A stretch of DNA of 64,000 nt from Octopus bimaculoides. Lineage: Eukaryota. A program made the position numbers and the translations under genes. The stretch is from NCBI RefSeq assembly GCF_001194135.2, contig NC_068981.1, positions 53,251,309 to 53,315,308 of the forward strand. Direction: 5' to 3'. Position 1 is the stretch's first letter. Every line of letters begins with the position of its first letter. Of the stretch, positions 20,827 through 33,321 are shown one piece after another. The notes under the pieces are model-generated. The model saw only the letters and a program-made list of their open reading frames with translations, was not told the origin of the DNA and searched no databases.

Positions 20827-23800
20827 TTCTCTTGTACTACTAAAGTAACTATTTTCATTGCTATTGTTTTGTTCGTTGCTGACCGAAAAATCGATCAAGT
20901 GCATCTCGCTTATTTTTTTTCTCTCTCTCTGACAATTAATATCAAGGATGATGTTTAATAGCATTTAAGGTTTTACAGATAGTTTATTTCTCTATTTGTT
21001 TAAATTTATTCATTGTCTCTCTCTTTACCATTCTTGATATGATTTAAAATTCATGATAATTTTGAGAGAATCGATTGCTCGTTTCTATGGCTTGTATAAC
21101 TTTTTTGAATATTAGTGTGAAAAATAGATTAATGCTTTAAAATTTTTCAAGTATAAAATATCACTTGATATCATCTTCCATTCATTATCACAATTCATTA
21201 TCATTGTTGTTAATTTGCACAATTCCTTATTGTTGTGACTTGCGCAATTCATTAAATTTGGCTATTTGACAATTTAGTAAACAATCGCTACATTCAAAAC
21301 CTACAAATAGTTATTGATGGAAACAAGTTTCGCAAAATAAATTAGTTGTATAATACTTGAGACTAATTTCCTATGACTGAAATCATTAGATTTTACTTAT
21401 CTTAACGCATAAACAGAAAATACTTGTGTGTATCTCGAGGAAGCTTCTATGCGGGTCACCCGTTCTGTTAGAAATAGCAGTCAAATTTCCGTTATGTTCC
21501 TTCTTTCATTTTAATGGATGAAAAATAAATACTAATACGATGCTGAATAAAAGGTTGGCTAGCCATAGCTAGAACACTTTTGATCAAAGATTTAATTGAT
21601 CAACTCTGATCTGGAGTTAAATAACAAAATATTTTAAATGCACTATGCGCCTAAACAAGCTATAAGATCATACTTTCATTCAAATATTCTATATGAATTT
21701 CATATGTGTTTTTGTGTATCTACGTGTGTTGATATTTGTTCTGCTGGGTCTATGAACTATTTCATTGTCAACACTACACTAGAAAGATCCAAATAATGAT
21801 CCATTAAAATATTTCCTTGCTTGTGGCTTTTTTCTTCTCCTATCAGGATAGACTTCTGAAAGAGTTTATCACTTTCTACTTTGTCTTGAAAGCAACCGTT
21901 AGTATCCGAGAGAATACACCGTTACATTTTGGCCATTGAAAGTAGAGAAAATCATTTCTGATTTGTAAGAGAGTGAATGAAAGTGGTATACATATTACAG
22001 CTATTATTTTATTTTATTTAGACTACTTACCACAAAATGATTTTTTTTTTTGAAATTTTAATCAGAGATCTGGACTCTCAACACGAAGACCTTGCCGTCG
22101 AAACGTCTTGTTTCTGGCAACACCCCAAGCAAGAATTGAACTGTCTTGAAATTGATCTTCAATTAATGCAACAATAGGTTTAATATGTATTAATAATTAC
22201 TTTTTCACCTCAATAATCTAGTCATTTTGAATAAAACGTTATTCTTCATCATCGTCAACATTATTAGAATACTCATATAGTTTTAAGTGTTTACATGTGA
22301 AAAGATGAATGTAAGAGATGTTTGACAATCTAATTCTGCAGTTATAATTTTGTGTTCCAATAAATGTAAAATTTAAATTAATGAAATAACTTATATGCCT
22401 ATGCTGTTTACATACCACGCCTTCATTATCAACATTATATTTTTTTAAAATCACACAAATATCACATAAAGATTTTTTTTTTACAATTTTACATTTTAAT
22501 TCAATTTTTAAAAATTATTTAATTTATTTAAATGACATATCTTTAGAACAAAAAAGTGGCAGGGTGTATAATATATATGCTGGTGTGTGCATGTATGTTT
22601 GTGTATACACGTGTGTGTGTTGTGAATACTTATACTGTTTACATATCACACCATTATCAACATTATGCTAAAACAAAATACATAGATGTCCAGTAACGCA
22701 GATAAATCCTTTTTCTTACTATTTTGTGTTTTGATTTATCTTTTTAAAATTATTCCATGTATTTAAAAATGGTAAACATCTAGAAAAAAAAAGTTGCGCG
22801 CGTGTGTAATCGTTTTAACGTCCACTTCTCTATGCTTGCAATGCATCAGACGAAACTTTGAGGCAGATTTACTATGCACGGATGCTCTTTCTATCGCCAA
22901 TCTTCGCCTGTTTTAAAGCAAGGTAAATAGTTCCTCTAAACAGCCCAGTCATACTTTCGCTGAAGATTGTAAACAATAGTGACACTTTATTTACAATCTT
23001 TACAGCCAACGTGTGTCAAGACAAAATTGTTAATGAAATAATTATTTGGTGGGTGTAATAATATCAGTAAGTATTATTAGGAGTGAGTGTAAGTAACTGT
23101 TACAGCAATAGCTGAAATAAGACCGGAGGAACTTTCTGTTGGATTGATGTGGAAACAAAAAATTAAATGATGACCAATAGCACGTATGTTGCACTGTCAT
23201 CTGTAATAATATGTATGTTGCACTGTCATTTGTATAAATACGTCGGATAAAATAAATCAATTTGATACAAGAATACAGAAATAAGTCGAATCTTTCCTAT
23301 GAAATAGTGATATAACTCAATAAGTTGAATAGTTGATAAAGACTACTGTTCAACCTAAAAGTTTAGAGCAAAAGAATTGTGCGCAAGAGACAGAACGAAC
23401 TAAAAATTAATGTGAGAGAAATAAATAGATGTTGCGTGTTGTGAATACCTATAGTATTTACGTACCACGCCTTATAAAAGCATACTAAAAAAATATACAC
23501 AAATATCACATGTTAAAAGATTGCATATGATGAGATCCTATGCAGATCTATTATATTTACAGCCAAAACTTTATCATATCTTATGAATTGCATGTATATG
23601 CCAAAATAAAATTTTAAAGTTTGAAGTCATAAATTCTAATACGACAGGATTATGAGAGTACATGGGCTTTCCTTATTCTTGAATGAGATTGTTTGCATTT
23701 GGTATTTCATGCCAACCATCGCAAGTTGGTATGAAGATTCCTATTTATTGACTGATATGAGGTCTGAACCACAAGTGAAAACAAAAGTGGCTAAATTCAG

Positions 23801-23870
23801 CTGGAAAGGCATCGTGTTATAGTGTCCATAGATGTCACATGTTCTCACTCCCACATTCGCATTTATTTAG

Positions 23871-23922
<52 letters not shown>

Positions 23923-25109
23923 AAAAATTTAAATTCAGGTGAATATGATACTTAAGTTTAGGCACCAGAATTTAGTACAGTATTATCCATACAATTTCAA
24001 AGTAAGGTGATTAAAATCAAAATAAGCAACAAGGATATCCAGAGATAATGCAGTACAATCGTTTCATGCGACTCCAATTAATTGAACAATGTAATCATTA
24101 TATCAATGTGCTGAGACCCCCTTTGGTCATGACTGACCATGGGATTGCATCTAGAAAGTTACCCTCCCAGGCACAAGTCCGGGCAAGGTTGTTTATGGAA
24201 CAGTCGCCCATGCATACCGGCCTCCCCTCTCCACGCCACCAGTGTTATCCAAGGGAAAGGCAGAGGCCAATACAGCTTGGCACCTGTGATGTCGCAACTC
24301 ATTTCTACAGCTGAGTGAAGTGGAGCAATGTGAACTAAAGTGTCCTGGATTCGAACTCACAACCTCACAATCGTAAGCTCGACGCTCTAACCACTGAGCC
24401 ATGTGCCTTCACACACACACATACACACACACACACACATATATATATGTAGAAAGAGAGACAGAGATAAGATCTGTCCAAATTGGAAGTAGATAATTAG
24501 CATAATAGGTGACATGATTGCAGCAACAAGCCTGTAGCAATTCTTGAACTATTATGTGTTTCTTCCAGTTTTTGTCTAAATTTCACTCACAAAGCATTGT
24601 GGATATGATAGAACAGTGTTTCCCAATCTAGGGCTATAGCAGAGTTCAATGGGGGCCCACAGAAAAATTTGGAATTTGGAAGGGATAGGGTGGGGGGACA
24701 AGGCTCAATGAAGTGGGCCACATGACTACTGCATTTCTTAAAATTTACTATTATTATCTTCAATTTTTTAAAGTTAACACACAAAAGCACATATAATACA
24801 TTTTCTATATCTTAATTTCTGTTATGACAGACAAAGAAAGGGAATGGGATTCATTTGACAGTTCAATAATTATTATTGATGAATAAATAAGTTGGTATTG
24901 GGAAGTTCTGTATGAAATAAATATGTTACAGCTTCGAAATTCATACATCCATGACAATCTCTTAGGATGATTGTTGCGTTACTTGAATGATGGGACAGTG
25001 TTATGTTTCTGAGTGGTAAGCAGCTTGATAAATTGTAGTGGCCAAATGTGGCATATTCAAAATTTTTGCTGCCAAATGTGGCATATTTTGAGTAATAAGG
25101 AGACTGCCT

Positions 25110-27960
25110 CGTTGACAAATGACAGGGACCTTCTCGTTGTGGCTGGCAAATTCAATGTTGGACTACATGCAGGGGGCTTTCATTGTGTACAAGGAGGCTA
25201 TGGTTTTGCTTCCTGCAATGAGGAGGGAACCAGGCTACTGGAGTTATGCAAATGATCTTATGGTTTGTAATACTAACTTCAGGAAGCCTACCAGTCACCT
25301 ATTCACGTACCAATCTGGTAGACACACTAGTCAAATTGACCACATTTTCACCAGGAAACAAGAAAGATGGCTACTTATAAATGCCAAAAACTTTCCAGGT
25401 GAAGAATACACCCCACAACATAGATTAGTAGTTAGTGACTTCAGGATCAGGGCTAAATGGATGCCCAAAAGACGACCATCATGAAGAAAAAGGGTCTGGA
25501 AGATTGAGGATCCTGCGAATGGATAGAGATTTAGAGACATATTACTTGAAGCTTTTGACAAAATAGAAGGGGATATAGCATCACATGATGTGAGAGACAA
25601 CTGAAGGTTTCTACAAGACAACCTGTTGAGGGCTACTGACCAGATCTGTGGATGGTGCAAAGTCCCCTCTCGACCCAAGATAACATGGTGGTGGAACAGT
25701 GTAGTTGGCAGGGCCATTAGGGAAAGGAAACAGGCATGGAAGAATGGTGGTAGCAGGGAATTGTATCAGACTGCCAGAAGGGAAGCTAGGAGACAGGTTT
25801 ATTTAGCCAGAGGGAAAGCAGATAAGAAAATATTTGCCAATGTTCTGCATTGTGAGGACCAAAGACTTGAGGTATTTCGTGTTGCAAGACTGTATGAGAG
25901 AGAATCGTGATGTCATGGGAGAGAATTGTGACCGCATGGATGCTGGCTCACTTGCATTTAATGAAGCTGCAAGGAGAGAGTCTTGGAGATGTCACTATGA
26001 AAGGTTGCTAAATGAAGAGAATGAATGGGAGAAAAAGAGTCTGCCAAATGTCGACCCAACAGAGGGACCAGCTATCCAAATTGACAGTACCTTGGTAGAT
26101 AAAGCTATTAAGAGTATGCAAACAAGGTAAGCCCCCTCCCTGTCCATCAGGAATCACTGCAGAGAAGCTTGAAATATCTGGCGGTGTCAGCTATAGTCTA
26201 GTCACCCGCATAGTCAATCAGGTGATACATGAAGGAGTCATACCCAGTGGCTGGTGTAGCAGCACCATAGTCAACTGCTACAAAGGTAAAGGTGATGCAT
26301 TAGATACAAATAATTACAGAGGTATTGAGTTATTGGAGCAGGTAATGAATGTCACAGAGAGGGTCATAGCCCAACTAATTAGGGAGAGAGTCAGTCTAGG
26401 CGAGATGCAGTTAGGGATTGTGCCAGGGAAAAGCACCACTGATGCTATATTTCTGATAAGATAGCTTCAGGAGAAATACTTAGCCAATGATAAACCTCTG
26501 TACCTAGCAATTAAATTAGAGACTCACTTCTGAACCTGGTCAAAGAGATCTGAGTGGCCAGATGGTGCACCTGCCCGAATATGACATAGTATTCCATACA
26601 AGGATGTATTATGATCTTTTAAAGATACAAAATGACCTCTGCTCTATACAGTGATCCCTCTTTATGGGAAGCAGACCTACAAATTGTCTGCATGTAGGAA
26701 CCCTAAGAAAGATCAGGTGAGATATTAAGACTAAGCAATTTCAAAGACTTTCTTCTAGTGGTTTGACTATGTTACCATTTGATATTTCAGACCTATAACT
26801 CCTGTAAATGGGAAGTAGATAGGGTTTCTGCTTCCTACTGAAAGACATGAGTTTGGTCTCATAAGAATTTGTCTGAGAATTATAGTGCAATGAAGAATTC
26901 CAGGTAGAGGTCCACTAAGGATCAGTCCTCAGCTCCCTCTTATTCATCATAGTTCTGCAGTCAATAAGCATGGAAAATGGATGTTAAATAATGATGATGA
27001 TGACATTCGAAAGACCCAACATTACAACAGATTACAGTTGATGTACACATAATAAAAATATGTTCTAACACCACACATTCTCTCAATAGAAAGAATGAAT
27101 AGAGTAACAACACACTCATAACCATCACCACCACAGTAATACAAGAAAGTGAATACAATAAAGTTAGTCTACACATATACACACACATTTTTATGTTGGT
27201 ACCAATAAAAAGAAGCCAAAAAATGGCAAAGGGGAAAATAAAACAGTAAACTGACAACAATATACTTTTGTAAAGCAAATAGAGAATTTGCACTCATTGT
27301 GTAATAAAATTTCTGACAACACAGCTAAGACTGAAGTGAATCACAACCCATGTGTGTGTTTATTGGCAGCTGATCATCTAGTTCTTGTGGTACAATTGGT
27401 CAATTTCGAGAAAAAATTCTAAGCATGGAAACAAAACCAAGAATTGAAGGGCCATAAAATAAACTCAGAAAAAACTGAAGTTTTAGTAAGCAGTGAAGTA
27501 TACAGGATTCTGTTAAGTTAGAAACTCCACTGTGCCTAGGGTACACAGTGGGTGCACAAGTGCTGTAGTGGGATCACAGGCGGGGAAGAAAAAAAAACAG
27601 CTTTCATATGTAGCAGGTGTACTGAGGCATTAAACATGAAGAACAACCAAGAAATAGTGAATAGTTTCTGTTACTTAGGTGACTTAATTAGCAGTAGGGA
27701 TAGGTGTTCTGAAAGCATAATAACCAGAGTAGGAACAGATTGGTAAAAGTTTAGGAAGCTATTACCTCTGCTGGTAACAATGGATCTTTCCCTTACAGTG
27801 AAGGGCAGATTATATGATACTTCGGCACAGTGGCTGATGCTGCATGGTTGTAAAATGTAGACTTTGAATGCAGAGGTTTTGCAATAAGAGAAGACTATTT
27901 GTACATGTCTATGATGCATATGGATGACAACATTAAGATATAAAAATGTGTAGAACACTC
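25110..27960 (+). mobile_element. Decayed RTE LINE (APE endonuclease plus RT), interrupted
   Basis: GYGFASCNEEGTRLLELC; NTNFRK..TYQSG..SQIDHI; WWWNSVV; CYKGKGDALDTNNYRGI; PGKSTTDAIFLIR; degenerate VHQGSVLSPLLFIIVL at about 26910; SFCYLGD. Contains stops and frameshifts. Confidence 0.92.
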
Positions 27961-27974
27961 ATATATAAACACAC

Positions 27975-29900
27975 ACACATACACATCATGAGTTTGTTGT
28001 ATATAGTGCTCAGGCACACTACAACTCATTCGAAAAAATTAAAAGATGGGCCAGAATACAGTCATATAAGTCAAGTAATAAAAGATAGAAGCACAATAAA
28101 ACACGAAGTCAGAAAAGTGAACAGTATAACAGTTATAAAGAGATAAAGGTGCATAGTCGTGTTAGTGGATTTTGTGAAGCATGGAATATTTTAGGGTTGC
28201 AGTGTCCTTACAACTAATAACTGATGTAAATATTTCCAATGTTGCAACAGTTTTGAACATGTGAGTATGTTTCTGAAAGACATGGGTATTGTGCTATTTT
28301 TTGAGCTTATAAGCTTGTCCATGAGTGGTAAAGGTATTGAATTCAAAATGAGGTCCAAGTTTTTAGGAAATATGGTGGATAATTTTGTGGGCTTTTATCA
28401 AGTTTGTTGATAGACACTGAAAACTTTAGTTTTAAAATTATCTCTACAGATATTCTATAGAAATTAGAGCCAGCACTGATTTGTTACGATGTTTCATATA
28501 CAAATACATCTATGTAAACAATGCAATTGAAGATAAAAAAAAGGTAATGGGTGTATATGCATATATCAGTTCTTGCTTCTTCAGCACTATGAATACATTG
28601 TTTAAACAGCCACCAAATATAGTGGTGTAACATTATTGGTTATACTTATTTTACATACTAAACACATTCCCAGAGAAGCATTGTGACAAAAAGTATTCAT
28701 CTGGTTGCACACCTCTGGACAGTTTCCAGCAGATCAATATTCTTAGCAAGATGGAAGTTCCAGGCTGGAGATACAAACTAAGTGTGGACATGTCGTGGCC
28801 ATAAATAGCTGATGTGTGACTGATGGAGGTATTACTAAGTGATGCTAAGATATGTTTGGCCTTTTTAACTATTTTAAAAGTGTGTTTCGTCCATCATAGA
28901 TATTTGTTGGCAATAATGTCTAGCTTGTGTTTATCAGCAGATTTCTTAAGGCTGGTGTTGTGAAGAGAGTAGGTAAATTCCAGATATTGCCACCCAAAGT
29001 GTTTAATGATGTACTTGTCTACAGCCAGTTTGAGTTGCCTGTCAGCAACCCATTGCTACATTGTGTCCAGGTCAGATTGCAAGAAACGTCCATAGTGTTT
29101 AGGATACAGTCTTTATCTCAAGGTACTGCTTAATGTTGTATGCATATTTTAATGCAGTAACATGCTTCAAGTTGGCATTTATTTCATTAATGTATGCAAC
29201 AAATAACAGGGAATCAAGAATGTCCCTGCAGGGTGCCAGATGTCATTACATAAAGTGCACAATATTGTCTTAGTATTGTAACTACTTCTTTTTGATTGAG
29301 AATGAAGGGTTTCCACCAGAGAGTGAAGAACTTCAACCAGGTATATAAATTTACTTTGATGCCCATGACTGAGAGCTTCATCATAAGTAATCTGTGTGGC
29401 ATAGAATTAAAGGCTTTGGCAACGTCAAGAAAATGTTCACTTAGGATCTGCTATCTGAGATTCAGGTGAGGTCTCCAAGAAATTTAATGAAATGGCCACA
29501 GCAGCTGGATAAATCCAAATTATCATGGTTGGATAAGGTTATTAGAGTCAAGTACAGCAGTTTGTTGATATAGCTTGTGGAATCGACAAAATAGTAATTG
29601 ACAGGGGATGTACAGTCACTCTTTTTGAACTGGGGAATAAAGTTGGTGTAGTGGAAAGAGCTCACAGTTTTTGAGAAGCGGATAAGTAACATCAGGACTG
29701 GGAGAGGTATAGTTGCACCATATGCTTGAGTGGGTGGGTATTGCAGCATTGCAGGAGTAAATGCAACAGATGTTATGGAATTTGGTGTAAGTAGCATTGA
29801 AGATGGTACATATGGATTTTCAACAGTAAAATTATTAGCATAGCATTAAGCAATAAGGTCTGCATACTTTTTGAGATCATCAGTAATCTCTGGTGTGGGG
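27975..29900 (-). mobile_element. Decayed CR1/L2-type LINE RT with 3' UTR
   Basis: PHRLLMMKLSVMGI..NLYTWLK..VMTSGTLQG (ORF 29214..29402) and FIPQFKKSDCTSPVNY (ORF 29462..29797). Confidence 0.8.
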
Positions 29901-30599
29901 ATTGTGAAGAGAACCAACTGGAGAGTGAAGCATTTGTTTCAAACACACACACATATGATCACCTACTCATCTCTCCATCTGTTTAAAATCGATCACCTCA
30001 ACCCTTGTTCCTGATTATATTCGTCCCACCCATTTCTCATCTCTAACCACCTCTCACTTTCCCCCATACACCCTTGTAACCTCTACCCTGCAATACTCTT
30101 TGTTCTTCAATCCCATCTCGCGTCTCTTCACTTTGTACCTTGAGGGTTCATCCTAATACCTCATCACTGTTTCAGTACCTCTCTTTCCATCTCCACCCTA
30201 GTTACTCCCACCCAGTGAATAGTCATGTAGCTTTTCAGTAACAAGAAGCCTGTTCTGTTCTTTTATACCTTAACCTGTAATATCCTAGGATAAAGCTGCC
30301 TCCCTTTCTATTGCAATCCCACTTATATATAGATATATAGATATATACCTAATTTCAGTAGTAAGCCTAATTGCAGACTGTTAGACTTAGCGAAGATGGA
30401 AATCAGTTTAGTAGGCAAAAAAATACTAAGGAGTACTAATACCAGAATTAGATTACTCTGCTACAGTAATAGGATAATTCCAGCACTGTATTAGATTGGT
30501 TTAAGACTTTAAAGGATAAACATAAGGCCAGGTTTACAGAGTTTGATATTGATTTTTATTCCTCAACAACGAGATTGCTGCTTGATAAGGTGATTTAGT

Positions 30600-30815
30600 T
30601 TGCATAAACATATCTTGATATAGACTAAATATACCTGGACTTTATCATGCATGTGAAAAAATCATTTCTAGTTAGTAGACATGAGTTGTTTGATGTATCA
30701 ATGGAATCATAGGACAGTGCAGAGATCTGCTGGATGGAGTGAAGGGGATGAAGCACAGACCCCCTACTGAAGAGGGAGCGCTCTGCCTCAGAGAGGGGAA
30801 GATCTGGAGGCATGG
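30600..30815 (-). mobile_element. Penelope-like element ORF N-terminal fragment
   Basis: PPDLPLSEAERSLFSRG / GLCFIP (frameshifted) resembles the LS..E..LL.KGL.F.P segment that precedes PLE RTs. Confidence 0.55.
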
Positions 30816-31100
30816 TAACAACAGAGTGAAGTGGAGAAGAGGTGGATGGGAATGAAGTAAGAGGGGTGGATAGGATAGAAGTAGGTGGGGATGGTGGGAG
30901 GGGATAGGAGTATGTATGTGGGGGTTTGGAGGGACAGGGGGTTGGGGGAGTTGGGGTTGTGGCATTGAGTGTGATGGAATGGAGGAGTGAGTGGAGTTTA
31001 TGTTGTTTGGTGTGAGTGAGAAATTGATGAAAGATGATTTAAATGAGTTATGTAACGTAACGTAGTGTTTGCATGGGAGGGCAACTGAGAGGAGAAGAAG

Positions 31101-31406
31101 ATGGAAAAAGCAAGATGGAACTGCAAAAGTAGAAATCTAATCTACTGCATCAAATGCCCTAATTGTGAAGAACTGTATGTTGGCCAGACAGGTAATGCAC
31201 TATCGGAATGCTCACGTGTGCATCAACAACAGATTAAAAACCCAGAGGTCCGCCAAATACCACTGAGTAACCATCTGGCAACATGTGGTCGTGAAACTTT
31301 TATGATATTTCCATTCCATAAACTTTATAACCAGAATGAAATTGAGAGAAAACGCAAAGAAAAGGACTTTATTAAGAAATTCAAACCCACTCTTAACAAA
31401 CAATGA
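31101..31406 (+). mobile_element. Penelope-like element GIY-YIG endonuclease fragment
   Basis: NLIYCIKCPNCEELYVGQTGNAL...H...HLATC...FPF.K...RKRKEKDFIKKFKPTLN. Confidence 0.9.
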
Positions 31407-31847
31407 TTAAATTAATCTTACTTAGGGTTTAAAAATTTTATCCCTATAACTAAAACACAAAAAATCTCTCAAATGTCATCATTTCTAAAAATAAACTTGG
31501 CATCATCTCTAAAAATAGCCAAACACCTACTGCTGCTGTCCAAAGAAATGTGTATAAAAGACAAAAGAACAGCCAGTCAATTACAGTACATGTCAGACTG
31601 CCATGAGGCAGGAAAGTACACTAGTCCTTATATATTTAATACTTAATATTTCATATATTCAATAAGACATTCAATACTTCATTTCATTTTACTATTTATA
31701 TTATATATTCCATATTCTATATCCCACATTAATTTTATAAGAATATAAATAAAACATAAAAAACAGACAGAGTTGAAACTCTTTTAAATAATATATTCCT
31801 CTATACACGATCATACAAAACCCTTTTTTATATTTTTTAAATTTTTA

Positions 31848-31890
<43 letters not shown>

Positions 31891-31899
31891 CTTGTAAGG

Positions 31900-32185
31900 A
31901 GTAGCTGTGTCTTAAGAAGCTTGCTTCTCAACCATGTGGTTCCAGATTCAGTTCCACTGCATGGCACCTTGGGCAAGTGTCTTATGCAATAGACTCAGGC
32001 TGACGAAAGCATTGTGAGTGGATTAGGTATAAGAAAAACTGGAAGAAATCTGTAATATATGTATATATATATATAGGCACAGGAGTGGCTGTGTGGTAAG
32101 TGTCTTGTTTATGAACCACATGATTCCTGGTTCAGTCCCACTGCATGGCACCTTGTGAGTGGTTTTGGTAGATGGTAACTGAAAG
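31900..32185 (+). mobile_element. tRNA-derived SINE, family C (copies at 420-560 -, 3080-3220 -, 52985-53330, 60180-60300, 61955-62200, 63240-63410; tail modules at 3300-3510, 32500-32690, 33340-33530)
   Basis: gtgtggtaagaagcttgcttcccaaccatgtggtt..ggttcagtcccactgcatggcaccttgggcaagtgtc..ggtagacggaaactgaaagaagc. Confidence 0.8.
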
Positions 32186-32189
32186 AAGC

Positions 32190-32490
32190 CATCGGTTGTT
32201 GCCAGTGCTGCCTGACTGGCTCCCTTGCAGGTAGAACATAAAATCACCTTTTGAGCGTGGTCATTGCCAGAACCGCCGGACTGGCCTTTGTGCCAGTGGC
32301 ACGTAAAAAGCACCCACTACATTCTCGGTGTGGTTGTTGTTAGGAGGGGCATCCAGCTGTAGAAACATTGCCGGATTAGATTGAACCTGGTGCAGCCTCT
32401 GGCTCACCAGTCCTCTGTCAAACCATCCAACCCATACCGGCATGGAAAGCGGACGTTAAACGATGATGATGAGGATGATGATGATGATAT
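32190..32490 (+). mobile_element. RTE 3'-end copy, plus orientation
   Basis: Ends ...catggaaagcggacgttaaacgatgatgat. Confidence 0.85.
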
Positions 32491-32925
32491 GTATGTGTGT
32501 GTATATGTTGTGTGTCTGTGGTTATCCCCCACAACATCGCTTGACAACTGATGCTGGTGTATTTACGTCCCCATAACTTAGCAGTTCGGCAAAAGAGACC
32601 GATAGAGTAAGTCCTTGGGTCGATTCACTTGACTTAAGTCAGTGCTCCAGTATGGCCACAGTCAAATGGCTGAAACAAATAAAAGAATATATATATATAT
32701 ATGTATGTATGTATATATATATATATATATATAATACAAAGAATATATATACATGTATACACACATATATGTACATACTTACATCTACATGTGTATATAC
32801 ATGCATATCAGGGTACAGGACGTTAGAACAATAAACTACAGACAACGGAACGAACACATAGGAAAACGGAAAGCCCCTTGGAATATCCCTTCATCAGCTG
32901 TCTCTATTCTATCTAGACGTTTCAC

Positions 32926-33287
32926 NNNNNNNNNNNNNNNNNNNNNNNNNNNNNNNNNNNNNNNNNNNNNNNNNNNNNNNNNNNNNNNNNNNNNNNNNNN
33001 NNNNNNNNNNNNNNNNNNNNNNNNNNNNNNNNNNNNNNNNNNNNNNNNNNNNNNNNNNNNNNNNNNNNNNNNNNNNNNNNNNNNNNNNNNNNNNNNNNNN
33101 NNNNNNNNNNNNNNNNNNNNNNNNNNNNNNNNNNNNNNNNNNNNNNNNNNNNNNNNNNNNNNNNNNNNNNNNNNNNNNNNNNNNNNNNNNNNNNNNNNNN
33201 NNNNNNNNNNNNNNNNNNNNNNNNNNNNNNNNNNNNNNNNNNNNNNNNNNNNNNNNNNNNNNNNNNNNNNNNNNNNNNNNNNNNNNN
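32926..33287. other. Assembly gap (others at 3951-3960, 40556-40588, 43959-43968, 52593-52602)
   Basis: Runs of N. Confidence 0.99.

Positions 33288-33321
<34 letters not shown>

Noticed and set aside
20683-20958. 91-aa ORF as a stand-alone gene
   Set aside because: No homology recognised and it runs into T-rich intron-like sequence; treated only as a potential uORF.
22075-22112. GAC-cttgcc-GTC-GAAACGTC-ttg, hammerhead-like
   Set aside because: The CUGANGA box is not intact; at most a dead remnant. Similarly CTGAAGA-aaaaa-GAAAC at about 19316-19334 has no stem II.
24330-24402. tRNA-like sequence (A and B boxes)
   Set aside because: Anticodon and acceptor stems do not pair, and it continues into a SINE core. 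The same holds for the other SINE heads.
32885-32925. Hammerhead-like words on the minus strand (GAAACGTC ... CTGATGA)
   Set aside because: Stem I does not pair, and the other stem II strand would lie in the N gap. A canonical fold cannot be built.
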